Origin: Camelus ferus
Lineage: Eukaryota
DNA length: 64,000 bases
Assembly: GCF_009834535.1 (NCBI RefSeq)
Contig: NC_045697.1
Span: forward strand, 64,358,001 to 64,422,000
Direction: 5' to 3'
The position numbers and the translations under genes are program-made. Below, in pieces: positions 1 through 12,939 of the stretch. Below the pieces are notes generated by a model. The model saw only the letters and a program-made list of their open reading frames with translations. It was not told the origin of the DNA and ran no database searches. Within the stretch, counting starts at the first letter, position 1. The number at the start of each line of letters is the position of its first letter.

Positions 1-2746
1 GTTTCCATAAAATTTTATGAGGTATACAAAAAGACAAAAACAAAAAAATCATGACCCATGTACAGGTGGAGAAAGGGCAGTCAATAGAAATTACCCCTGA
101 GAAAGTTCAGACATTGGGCTTAATATTCAAAGTTTATATAAATATGTTCAAATTGCTAAAGGGAATCATGTTTGATGAAATAAGGAGACTACAGGAACAA
201 TGTCTCACCAAACAGATATTAATCAATATAGAAACTATCAAAAAAAAAACCAGAAATAAGTCTGTAGTTGACAAGTCTAATAACTAAAATGAAATATTCA
301 CTAGAGGCAATAAACAGCAGACTGGAATGGATAGGAAAAGAAACACACAGTAAACCTGAGGAGAGGTTAATTAAGGTTATCCAATCTGAAGAACAGAAAG
401 AAAAAAAGAATAAAGAAAAATGAATAGAGCCTGCATAATTGTAGTCTCAAGAGAAAAGAACGGAGAAGAAAGAATATTTGAATAAATAAATAAATAAAGT
501 TCTCCAGATTTGATGAAAAACATTTATCTTCCTATCCAAGAAGTTCAAATAACTCCAAGAAGGATGAACGAGAGAGATCCACATCTAGACATATCATAGT
601 GCAACTGATAAAAGCCAAAGACAAAAAGGATGCTAAAAGTGGGAAGAGAAAAACAACTCATTACATCAGAGGAATTCTCAATAAAATTAACAGCTGACTC
701 TTCATAGGATAATGGATGCCAGATGGCAGTGGGATGACATATTCAAACTGATGAAAGAAACGAATATCAACTGAGAATTCTGTATTCAGCAAAACTATCT
801 TTCAAAATTGAAAGAGACATTAACACACACCCTAATAAACAAAAACTGAGAGATTTCATCACTAGAAGACTTTCCCCATAAGAAATATTAAAATAAGTCC
901 TTTAGGAAAAGACAATATACAATAACTTGAAATCATGGGAAGAAATAAAGAGCACTGGTTAAAGTGATTGCATAGGTAAATATAAAAGATATTATAAATT
1001 TATTTTTCTTTGTAATGCTTCACTTCAATACAAAGAAATAATTATAAAACTATGTAGATGAACCTACATAAAAGTACTTATTTATATGAAAATAGGACAA
1101 AGAAGTGGAGAATTCAGCTATACTGGGGCAAAGTTTTTGCACATTATATAAATTCAGCTTCTCTTAATATAAACCACATTGCTTTAGTTAAGATGTTAAT
1201 TATATTCTCTAGGAGATCTACCAAGAAAATAACTTTAAAATATGATAAGGATACAAAAGAGAATTAAATACCCTAGAAAATATCTATTTAGCAAAATGAA
1301 GTAGTAAAATAAAGGTATAACTGTACAAAAATACTAAAAATATGCAGAAAGCAAATAGCAAAAATGTCAGACTTAAGTTTCATCTTATCAGTAATTACAT
1401 TAAATCTAAGTGGATTTAACACTCAAAAAAAAAAAAAAGCTGACTCCACAAAAGTGTTAAAAAACATGAACTAACTGCTGTCTCCAAGTTACGTACTTAA
1501 GATTCAAAGACATGAACAGGTTGAAAGTGAAAGGAAGGAAAAAGATACACCACACAAAGAACTGCAGCTGCTATGTAAGTACCAGGCAAAATAGACTTAA
1601 AGACAAAAACGATAACGAGAGATAAAGTAGGACATTTTATAATATAAAAGGGTCAATCTACCAGTATGATATAATAATTACCATACATGTACTTAAAATA
1701 ATGCCCTAAAATATATAAAGCAAAAACTGACATAATTGAAGGGGAGAAACAATTCAACAATAATCAGCAGAGACTTCAATATTCCACTTTAGATAAGGGA
1801 TAGAAAAAACAGGCAGAAGATTAACACAGAAATAGAAATAGAATTAACTAACAGTAAAAAATCAAGTAGACTTAGACATCTTTTGAATAATCTATCCAAT
1901 AATAAAGTGCATACTTCAGAATATTATTCTTAAGTGTATATGGAATATTCACATGGATAGACCATTTGTTAGGCTTTAAAATTAGCTTCAATAAATTCTA
2001 AATGATTTAAATTATACAAAACATAATCTCCAACCACAGTGAAATTAAATGATATCAATAAAGGAGATCACTTTGGGGATTACACAAATATGTGGAAAAT
2101 AAACAATGTGCTCTTAAATAAACAATGGCTCCAAAGATAGATTGCAAGAGAAATTTGAAAATGCTTTGTGATGAATAAAAAGCATAACATACTGAAATTT
2201 GTGAGATTCAGTTAAAGCAGTACATGGAGAGAAATTTATAGCTATAATCACTTGTATTAAAAAAGAAAGATCTTAGATGAACACCCCAAATTTTCACCTG
2301 AAGAAACCAAAAAGAGGAACAATTGAAGTCCAAAGCAAGAGAAGGAAATAAATAATAAATAACAGAACAGAAGAGTAACCCGAAAGAAGAAACAAGATTC
2401 AAATTACTAAATTCAGATAGGAAAGAGGGACTTCACTATTTTCTTTAAAAGATAAAAAAAGGATTATAAAATAATACCACTAGGTAATATAAGGTACCAC
2501 ATTTGTATGCAAAAAAATGCAATCACTTGGATGAAATGGACAAATTATGAGGAAGAAATAAACTACTGAAATTAACTCAAAAATAAATTAAAAATCTGAA
2601 TAGATTTATGAAAGTAAAGAGATTCAATTAGCAATCAGAAAGAAAGAAAGAAAAGAAAAGAAAACGAAAGGAAGGAAGGAAGAAAGAGAGAAAGAAAGAG
2701 AAAGAGAGAGAGAGAAAGAGAGAAAGAGAAAGAAAGAAAGAAAGAG

Positions 2747-2813
<67 letters not shown>

Positions 2814-3995
2814 AAAGAAAGAAAGAAAGAAAAAGAAAGGAAGGAAGGAAGGAAAGAAAGGAAGGAAAGGAAGGAAGGAAGGAAGAAAAAGGAAAGAAAG
2901 GAAGGAAGAAAGAAAGAAAGAAAATAACCCCCATGCCCAAATCACTTGCTGGTTTATTCTAATAAATGTTTAAAGGAGAAATAACACCAAATCTTCAGAA
3001 ACCCTTCTAAAATATAAAAGAGTGAATATTTCCCAAATCATTTAATAAAGCCAGCACCCTATGACCAAAACCAGGCAAAAACATTACAATAAAAAAAAAT
3101 CAGACTAATACCCATTATGAATATAGATGCAGAACTACTCAAACACTAAAAACTTGAGTCCAGTAACAAATTTTAAAAAAATTACATCATGTCAACGTTG
3201 GATTTATCTAAGCCAAAGTTGGTTCAAAATACAAAAAACCATCCATGTTTACCCCACATTACTTAGAAGATCAAAAACACATGATAGACATAGATTAAAG
3301 CATTTAATAGACATAGATTAAAGCATTTGAAAAAAAATCAATACCCTTTCATTATAACAAAGTAGTAGCAAAAGGGAATTTCCTCAAAGTAGTAGCAAAA
3401 GGGAACTTCCTCAAACAATAAAGCATATCTACAGAAAATCTCCAGTTAATATTATACTTAATAGTGAAAGCTTTACCTAAGACAAGGAATAAGACAAGGC
3501 TATACATGCACTCCACTTCATTTCAACTTTGGAATAAGGGTTCTAACCTGGGTGTTTAGGTAAGAAAAAGAAAACAAAACACCAAGATTGGAAAAGCAGA
3601 AGTAAAACTACATCTCTTTGTAGATGACATGGTCTTATGTATAGAACAAAGTACTGATCCACGCTACAACACGAATGAACCGTAAAAACATTACACTAAA
3701 TGAAAGAAACCAATCATAAAAGGTTGCATATTATATAATGCCATTTATATGAAGTGTCTAGAGACAAATCTATGTAGACAGAAAGTAGATAAGTGGTTTC
3801 CAGGATCTGGGGGAAAGAACAGAGAGGACATGACTATGAAGGAGTATGAGGTTCCCTTTGGAGTTATGAAAATGATCAAAAATTAGGGAATGAGGATGAT
3901 TGCACAAGTCTGTGAATACATTGAAGACCACTGAATGATACACTATTACAAGGTGAATTTTATGGTATGTGAATTAAATCTTAATAAAATTGTTG
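1..3995 (+). mobile_element. Decayed L1 (L1MB-like): ORF1 remnant, ORF2 endonuclease to RT, then 3' UTR
   Basis: Endonuclease motifs: LSVITLN at 1385, CCLQ at ~1475, xDFN at ~1770, IDH at ~1957, SNH at ~2028. RT core FVDDMVL at 3617-3637. L1MB-type 3' UTR ends with AATAAA at 3983. Many stops and frameshifts. Confidence 0.93.
2637..2924. repeat. Compound polypurine microsatellite (GAAA/GGAA/GA)n
   Basis: About 288 bp of A/G with a single C, seen directly; lies inside L1 ORF2. Confidence 0.98.
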
Positions 3996-4351
3996 GTATA
4001 AAAGAAAATATAATTGGGAACAAGAAAGAAGAGTTTTCTATTTTAAAAGGTTGAAATTGGTGGTGAAGTAGAGTCAAGAGTCTTAGTTTGTGTCCTCGAT
4101 AAAGTAAGAAACTGTCTTTACACAGAGATGCAGAAAAATGTATATAAATGTGCTTTATAAGGTATGTGAAGTTATGATAGAGGGGCAACAGGTACTCAGT
4201 TCTTCCAGGAAAATGATAGAAATGTCTCCCAAATTTGTTTTCCTGGCTCCTACTCCCTCCTGTTGCCCCTGGTGATGTGAGTTCCTCTGAACGTCCTAGC
4301 TACGCTTATATATGACCAACCAGACAACAATGGAGAAAGTGGAAAGACATG

Positions 4352-4579
4352 AAAGGCCACATTATGACTGTGGTTGGCCCCTTCCACCACAGAATGTATT
4401 TAAATTTTCATTTTATGACTGCATTTTTATACAGCCAAATATATTACTAATATATAGTAAAACATTTTCATAGACCTACAAGTTTGCTTCTTCTTATTTA
4501 AAAGAAATTAAAACATTTTTGTGGGCTCCTAATAGTAGCATGGGCCTAGGCACTGTGCCTAACGGATAAGTCAGTCCTG
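4352..4579 (-). mobile_element. hAT-type MITE, ORSL-like (hAT-Tip100)
   Basis: Terminus GGGCCTAGGCACTGTGCCTAACGGATAAGTCAGTCCTG. 8-bp TSD AAGACATG (4344-4351) / AAGACAGG (4580-4587). Confidence 0.7.
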
Positions 4580-6259
4580 AAGACAGGAGATCAGTACATG
4601 GAATGGGAGTCTTGGTACCAGGTGAGTCTCAGTGCACAGAACTTGGGATGAAAGGAGATAACATGCAGGCATCAGAGGCATCTGCTATCATCAGTATCAT
4701 CAGTCATATGAATAAATATTTTTACTTCAGTCAAATATTATATCTTCTTAGAACATCTTTCACAGAAAATCATTTAAAAATATTTGGCCTACAAACATAA
4801 ATCACTAACTATATTTTATAACTGGGACAATATGTAATGGGATATGGTTATATTACAAGATAAAATGATGCCTGATATTATTTTCTGACATTGTTTATCT
4901 GCTAGTCCTTGAAAATTACATAGAAAGTAATGTTTTTTTATCTAGCAAAATGAATCAATTCAATAAAAGAGACCGCACTGTAATAATGCTGATGTCAGAG
5001 GATAAGATAACACCTGCTGGGTAGGCTCCGTCCATGTTATATTAAGAGAAATACACAATGTGCACAGTGGTCATAGTTTGACCCAAGGTATAACTGAATC
5101 TGTGAAATAGTGAAATGCTCTGTAATAGAGTTTTACTGTAATTGCTTTGTCAGGTTATCAATCTTATGCTCTACCCTAAAGAGAGAAAGTTTGTCCTGAT
5201 GCTTGCAGGTGTGGGGAACTGTGAAAGGCCAAGTGTATATCAGCTAAGGTGGCACTGACCCAAGGGAAGCTGTAACACTGAACACATGTCAAGGAAGAAT
5301 TTGATTACAGGCTAGTGAGGGCAGAATGAAAAATAATCAGGTAAATGGTATTGATGAGGTGGGGAAAGAGATTAAATGGCAAAAAGTAACTTCATAAAAA
5401 GTTATCCTGTACTGAGAGTTTGGGACTGAAAAAAAAAAATGAACTTAAGATGTTTTTGTTAAATTTTCCACCAGTTGCTATAAAGTTATAAGGAGCCTCT
5501 GAGAGTAAAGGAGGCAACCCCCAGTAAGTATTTATAGATTTAGAAAGAGAATAAGGTTAAGTTTCCTTGGAGACATCGTTCTTTCAAGCCAGATCTAACT
5601 TGGTCTGGAGGAACTTGAATATTATGAAAATTTAACTGAATGTTGTCTGTTTCTTTTTCCTAAATCAACCAAAAATATTAGAGATTCACAAATTTTAGAT
5701 GAGAAAGGACTTTTGAGAATTAGGAGCCCTGCCTCCACATTTTAGACATTATTTCCACTGAAATACATATTTTATAAAAATAATTATACAATGAATATAA
5801 TTTACATTGTAAGGTAAATAGTTAAAATACAATTTAACCTACCTTAGAAATAAAATGTAAATTTCTTTAAAATGTCATAGCCATTTACATTTTAAAACAT
5901 TAAAATTAGTGTGGGGAGATACTTACTTGCTCCTTTATTATAGAAACATAAGAGAATCACAACTTCCTAGGAATAATTATAAAAACTATTATTATAAAAC
6001 TATCATTTTGCACTTTATGCTAAAATCTCTGTCTTTCACATTTTTGAAATGTATTTTTAAGCTCTATAATACTGTCTAAAGCAGTTGTAGTAATTTTTTT
6101 GTTTGATAAATAACATTAAATATTCTAGCATATATTGATGTGTACATGTTGGTATACACATGACCACACTTTTGCTTCTGAACTTCAAACCACATTCAGT
6201 TTCTCACTTGGAACTTGAGACATGTATTTTACGAAATACGTAATAACTTGATTCTCCTA

Positions 6260-6390
6260 GGGCAGTGATTCTTAAAATCTAGAATGAATAAGTATAATTT
6301 TGTTTGCTTCGTAACACTACGGATGCTTGGTTTTATTAAGGATATACTAGGAATCTGCATTCTAACAAGCTGCCCAGTGTCTCTTAATCT
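6260..6390. mobile_element. MER5-like hAT-Charlie fragment
   Basis: CAGTGATTCTTAAA start and AGGAATCTGCATTCTAACAAGC, both typical of MER5A/B. Confidence 0.55.
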
Positions 6391-6419
6391 GGGAAAAAGG
6401 AAGAAGAATATCACATACA

Positions 6420-6900
6420 ATTATGGTTCAGGCAACGTAGATAATGCCTACTTGTATTCAGCAGTTTACCCAACTCTCCAACTTGTCTCCAGTATTTCTG
6501 AGGAAAGAAGCATAGAAAACTACATTTTGCAGACTAAACTCCTAGCTGAGTTCCAACTTAGATTCTGCTAAAGAAAATCGCTTTCACTAGATTTTAAAGT
6601 TAGATAAGAACTAGAATTCATCTTAGTCCCGCTAACAAAAGGAAGCAAGCACACTGACTTTGGCTGAAAGCAAAGTTATGCGATCTCTTCCAGATACTCG
6701 CCCATGAATTGATTAATTAAGTCCTGCAGGTAGCTGAAATTAGTGCTGGTTTCCTATAATTTCTTCAACTTAAAAATTTCCTGAGATCACCATGAGCTTT
6801 CTCTGACATTTGTTTCCCCTACCTTTCCAAGGGTATTGAAAGCACCCAATTAAACCCCTTGACTGGAATATTTTCCTGACAAGACTTTGATACATGTGAG
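6420..6900 (+). mobile_element. Old ERVL-type solo LTR (LTR33/LTR40-like)
   Basis: AGAAAACTACATTTTGCAGACT...CCTAGCTGAGTTCC...AGATTCTGC resembles this group; boundaries are approximate. Confidence 0.45.
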
Positions 6901-7410
6901 TAAGGCCTGTGAATAAGATGAAAGTTAATGACGTGCCTAAATCCTGGTGACTTTTAACCTATACCTGTATGTATGCAAGACTTCACCTCCTGCCTTTCCT
7001 TACAGGCATTCCTCTGGAACTTAATACACTATATTCCAAGCATAACTCACCAACCCCTGATGATTAGAAACTATTCTCAGGCACAGAGGTATTCATGTCA
7101 CTGTATCAGAGAATTCTCTCTAAACCCAGATGGGAGAGTCTTTACACCTGGCCTTGAGTTAGAATACAGAAGAATTATTATCTTGGTCACAATGCTATAA
7201 ATGATGGTGAAATCAAATTTAACCAGGACTATTACACCTTCTGTCATACTATAGAAAAAGACAGAGGCTTCTGTGTGTTACAGGAGAACACATACATTTT
7301 TTTCATACAGTTGATGTGGGAGTTCAATGTCTAATAAACCAATGGTTCCTAATATTATTACTAGGCATAAGTATCATCCAAAATTTGTATTAGAAATAGT
7401 TAGAATGATA

Positions 7411-8793
7411 CAGCAAGATGGAGAAATAGACGGTTCCCAACTTCAATTCCCCTCACAGAAAGAACAACTGGCAACTCTCCATAGAGAAGACTCTTTTGTG
7501 AAGATCCCAGAACTCAGGAGTGAGGTTAAAACAATTTCTTGGACCACAAACGTTGGGAAAAACCATGTTAGAAGGGTGAAAGGAGCAATTTCACTTTGAC
7601 TGCATCACCCCTACCCCAAGTCTGGTGCAGCACTCTCCAAGGACCTACAGTTTCTCCAATGGTCAAAGGAAAGCCCCTGGTGGACTTCCAGCTTCCCCAG
7701 CATTACAGCATGCCTTCAGCAGGCCTACTTACATATTGCCTCCTCAGAATCATTGAGGGAAACAGCTAGAGACAGAGAAGAGGGCCAGGGCTCATAGCAA
7801 CAAGCATGCAGATCTTGGCAGACAGATTTTCTGCTGGCAGTAGTGCCCAAACAGAGAACCAGTGGCTCTCCTTATCTGCAGAGCCAAGCCGGTAGCTCCA
7901 TCTGCCAGTAAACTCGGGCAGCAGTTCTTCTCAGTTTTACCCACCAGGCAGAAGGCCATTCCAATCTCGGAGCCCATTCTGGGGCCCTGCCTGAGCAGGG
8001 GAGCAAGTCACCAGCCCACCCAACCAGGAAGCCTGGCCAGAGATGCTAAGCAGCATTGGAGCACATCCTCCAGTCTGCCAGGGCAGAGAAGCAAGTCAGC
8101 AGTTCCTCCTAACTGCTGGGAAGGGCAGAAAAAGGAGACTGCTTCCTTATACGCACAGATACTAATGCAAGGAAATGAAATCTTGACGAGATGTCTGCAT
8201 CCCCCAGTTCACTGCAGCAGTATCCACAATAGCCAAGATAAGGAAATAACCTAAGTGTCCACTCGTGAATGAATGGACAAAGAAAATATTGTACATATAT
8301 TACTCATCCATAAAAAAGAAAGAATTCTGCAATTTGTTACAACATTGATGGACATTAAGGGCATTGTGCTAGGTGAAATAAGTCAGAGAGAGAGAGACAA
8401 ATACTGAATGATCTCACTTAAATGTGGAATCTAAGAAAGGTGAACTCAGAATCACAGTGTAGACTGGTAGTTCCCAGGGCCTGGGGTGGGTGGGAGAGGT
8501 GGGAAGATGTTGTCAAAGGGTACAAACTTCCAGTTATGAGTTCTGGGCATCTAAGGTACATGGTGACTATAGTGAACAACACTGTATTGTATACTTAAAA
8601 GTTGCTAGGAGAGTAAATCTTAAATGTCCTCACCACAACAAAACCAAAAGGTAATCATCTAAGGTGAAAGTGTAACAAATTTGACTGTGGTAATTATTTT
8701 GCAAAATGTATGTGTATCAAGTCATCGTTGTACCCTTAAATTTATACAATTTTATGTGTCAATTGTATTTCAACAGAGCTAAGGAAAAAAAAA
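7411..8793 (+). mobile_element. Internally deleted L1 (L1MA/early L1MB-like): 5' UTR joined to the ORF2 end and 3' UTR
   Basis: CAAGATGG 5' terminus at 7414. GC-richer 5' UTR runs to ~8170. Then AATGAAATC...CACAATAGCCAAGAT...AAATAAGTCAG 3' end and an A tail at 8785-8793. Confidence 0.85.
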
Positions 8794-8895
8794 GAGAAGG
8801 AAAGATCCTTTGTTCTCACTTGTCAAAGACTGTCAGGTTGGGTTCAGAGGTAGATAGGTTTTTTTTTTAATTTGTAGGTAATTCTAGTGAATATA

Positions 8896-9113
8896 TAGTT
8901 CACTTTTCAAAAGGTAGGATAGGGGCACTGACCCCTAAGCAATCAAAATTTCATGTTTAAATTTAAATTTGTCCTCTTTGTATCTACAATCCTGCATCAT
9001 GGATTCAACCAACCTCAGAATGTGCAGCAGTACTGTAGTATGTATTTATTGGAAAAAATCCACATATAAGTGGACCCACTCAGTTCAAACCTGTATAATT
9101 CAAGGGCCAACTG
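8896..9113. mobile_element. MER8-like TcMar-Tigger MITE
   Basis: GGATTCAACCAAC...AAAAATCCACATATAAGTGGACCC...CAGTTCAAACC...TTCAAGGGCCAACTG, flanked by TA. Confidence 0.8.
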
Positions 9114-9404
9114 TATTTCAACAAAGACACTATTTTAAATTGTCTTAAATCATTGAGGGAAGAACAGAACTTTTTTTATAAAGCCTAAGATTTTCTCAGA
9201 TCAAATAAAGAGCTTTGGGTAGATCACGTGGGTAGGAAAACATTCACTTTGTCCAGAATCCAAATTTAACCTGGTGAGCAGAAAGATGCAATATTGTTGA
9301 CTAAGGATATTCCAACCTTTAAGCTGGATCAGTTACACTATAAGAAGAAAACTTTTGTGTTTAATTACTCAGTAAGTAGTATATCAAGATGCTAATGTCC
9401 TCCA

Positions 9405-9542
9405 ATAAATTATAATCCCTATATCAAGATTCCTTTGCACTGTGATGTCACTATTCTTCCCATCCAAACATGGAGTCTCTTCCTCCAACATTCTCAGTGT
9501 GGGCTGCCTTCCTCACTTGATCTGACCAATAATGGAATGTGC
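9405..9542 (+). mobile_element. MLT1 (MaLR) LTR 5' fragment
   Basis: CCTTTGCACTGTGA...CTTCCCATC...GGAGTCT...TGACCAATA pattern. Confidence 0.55.
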
Positions 9543-9544
9543 CT

Positions 9545-9680
9545 ATTTTGGAGATGAGGAAGCCACGGAAGTTCAGTGACTTGCCCAAGGTTACACAGTC
9601 AGGAAGTGGCAGAGGCAGCATTTAATCCCTGGCAGTTTAGGTCCAAAATTCATGCTCTAAATAAGTATATTACATTGACA
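9545..9680 (-). mobile_element. MIR SINE
   Basis: ATTTTGGAGATGAGGAA...GTGACTTGCCCAAGGTTACACAG...AAGTGGCAGAG core. Confidence 0.85.
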
Positions 9681-11448
9681 TTAATGTAATGAATCATCAT
9701 ATAAAAGCATCCGAACTAGATTATAAAAATTTCCAATAAGAAAATATCAATTCAGTGAAGGAAAAACTATGTGCCATTTTTCAAGTCTAATTTAAAGTTG
9801 TTAAAATATTACCACCATCAGGTGAGGATGAGGTTTTCAAAGGTTTTTATCACTGGTGTGCTATTATTCTCTATAAGTACGATGGTACAAATGGGTCCAA
9901 CACTGATAATCAAATTTATAAAAAAGAAGATAGCCAAATGGCTTGAAGTGGATTGGAAAGTAGTACTGAGAAACCACTAGGAGAAATTTAATATATGAGA
10001 CCTGAAGTAAAGGAGAACAGGGGGAAGATAATGTAATAACTGTGGAAAAATAAAGCAAAGTTTTGTTTTTTATTTTGTCTTGTTTCTTTTTCAGTGAAAG
10101 TATGGTAAATAGGAGGAGTAACAAAACAAACAAACAAAAAGGTTTACACTCAAAGAAACTATTTCCAGCCAGAGAATTTTATCCAGAGAATGATTCTTAA
10201 AGTGAATATTTTTAAAGGCACATTATTATAAAATCATCACTTGCTATCTTTTTCAAATATAGTAGCTATATGCATGACGGCCCTAAACACAATACAAAAT
10301 AAGATGCTGCAGGATCCTCATAAGTAGTACAAATATAAATACTCGGAAAAAACCAAATCTCTATAATATGCTACCATCTCTTTTTCCATGAAAAGTTCCC
10401 CAGTATTATTTAATTAAAATCTGTGGACCAGTGACACTGCATTTGGCTAAACATGTTCTATGCAAGGTTTTACATACAGTACATGATATCTGGTCCCTGT
10501 TTGTATTAGCTTACAATGTACAGTATGAAGAAAGCTCAAACTTACAAATGTTGCAAAGGTTTCAAGGGTGTCAGAGCATCACTGAAATGTACTCATAAAG
10601 GATTTCTGAAGAGTGGTTGCAATTGATAGTTCTGGAGATACCTTCTAGATTGATCTTTCCCAGCAAAAATGCATGGTTTGAGAATTCAGCAAGCATCTTT
10701 GAGTGTGTTTGACTAGGAACCAAGTTAAGAATGGGAAAAAACAATACTTCACAACCTATATCAGGTATTTCTAACTTTCAACTCTTGCATTGTTGAGAAT
10801 AAAATTTGTAATTCAAAAAAACAAATTAAAACAAAAATAGAAATCACTGATTTCTTACTAACTGTCAGTAGTGTGAGCAGCTATGGCTGACGAAGACCTT
10901 GAGTACCCAAGTCCTTTCCTCTCTCAGGAATGTCATATTCTGTTGCTAGATAACAATGAGGATTAATATGACATGAGTTAGATGAAAAAAGAGAAACGAA
11001 AAGAAAATGGAGCAAAAATCAGGTGCCAGAGGCAACTTCTGATGAACAAACAAGTTCAATTCAATCACAGTGAAAAATCAATGTAGTGAAAATGGACTGC
11101 TACATCACTCTGACCATTTCAGAATGTCTCCATCAACACTTGGAATCTCTATCCATTATCTCCTTGTGTCCAGGGAATCTCTCTCTTCCTCCCCATCAAC
11201 TTTGTGCTACAACACAGTATTTTAAAACGTCTAAAGTTTTATGGTACACATTCCTACATTAGACATGTACATGCTCTGGAAGACTTCTAAGATGTCCAAC
11301 TCTCTGCCCTTCTCTCAAAAAGGAAAAAAAAAAAAAATTCTTAAAGCTATTCCGAAATAATACCTGACTTCCTGGCATTTACCTGAGTACTCAATCCTCA
11401 AACATTCTCAAAGTCAAAAGCAGAATATTTTTTACCCCTAAATTTAAT

Positions 11449-11893
11449 CAGAGATTTGTAACCACTTCTGATCCATGAATCACTTTGGTAGTCTTGTAAA
11501 GCCTGGACTACTTTTCAGAATAGTGTTTTTAAATGAACAAACTAGAGTGCATAAAATTAAATATAAACCAATTATATCAAAATATGGTTTTAAAAATATT
11601 AAAAACAAACTTATTCTTTATTAATGCCTAAAATAATAAATTCCATTAGTATGTCCAATAACTACAATAATTTCGAAGTGTTAATGAGCATGAGCTGTAT
11701 TTCAAAATATCTGCAATTAAGAGCTTCGTGATGTATAAAGTCTCTGATTCCCATTAGTGACAAGGTTACGTGGACTGCTGATACTACAGTGATATGCATA
11801 AGGTTTTCCCTCTCATAACGCAAGGATCTTTGTGTTGCATCCCTGAATCCTATCCACAGAGGGAGCCCATGGCCCCCAGGTTAAGAATCCCTC
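11449..11893 (+). mobile_element. MER119-like hAT-Charlie element
   Basis: CAGAATAGTGTTTTTAAATG, AATAACTACAATAATTTCGAAGT, and 3' terminus CCCCAGGTTAAGAATCCCT. Confidence 0.8.
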
Positions 11894-12939
11894 TCTTAGA
11901 AGCATAAACTGTCCCATTAAAGAGCTCCTTCGTGTGCTCTTTTCTGGGAGTGCTCTCAGCGATTTGAGCATTATAAGATATTACTCTGCAAATTAATATC
12001 CAAATGCTCCCACAGGCTACCTCTTGTTTTTAAACATTAGTGTGTTCACACCCTTTTTATGGTATCTTTGAAAGAGTCAGAGAAGAGAGACTTGTCACTG
12101 TCAGATTCCTGTTACCACTTTGTTTGAAAGTTTGTTTGGCCTAATATACATTGTTTTGTGTGCTCAAGGTATGCTTTTAATAGGAATAAGTTTGTTCATT
12201 TTTATTACCTCCCTCACAAGCCACTATCCGCATATGTAGAATTCGATTGGCACTATGTTATTAGTAACAAGAAAGAGACTAGTGGTTCTTATGACCCACC
12301 ATTCATACCTATTACGTAAAAGCATTACTATAATTGACACTCCAGTAATTTGTGCCTCTCTTCATCCTAAAATTGTCTCTGTGGGAAAAAAATCACCTAA
12401 AACATTTAAATTTGTGGAGTAAAGATGCTGCAAAATGTAGTTCCTTTTGCTGCAAGCAGACAATGGCCAGAAGTATAAGGAGGATAGAAATAGCTACATC
12501 CATGCTGAGCACACACCTATGTGTACCTCTATTATCCATATAGACATTAATTTGTGCAAAGTACAAATAGAAACATATTAATAAAAACTACTTATATGAA
12601 GCAGATAGGGTTATATTACAGGATGCTGGCTGCAGTGGAAACATAATGTGGACAGTTAGGAAAGGCATCCTTGTTGACTCTTCAGTCATTCATTTGATAT
12701 ATAATGCATGATCACTTGATTATGAAAAACAAAATGAAAGAACACTTTTGAGGAATTGCTACAGTGAGAATCCCGTAACCAAACTGCCCTGAATTTTGGC
12801 CTTGTGCCTCCTCTAGGATTCCTCATGGAGCAGTACAGAGAATTGATGGGAGAAGTACTTGCCGTTCCTCCCTTCTCTGCTCCCTTCAACACTTTCTTTT
12901 AGGTAATAGAAGTAAATGAATTATATATTTTGCTATAGT

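Noticed and set aside
2628..2945. Two ~100-aa F/L/S-rich minus-strand ORFs
   Set aside because: Translation artefacts of the polypurine microsatellite.
7862..8254. 130-aa plus-strand ORF
   Set aside because: GTG start in an L1 5' UTR, running across the deletion junction; no recognisable protein.
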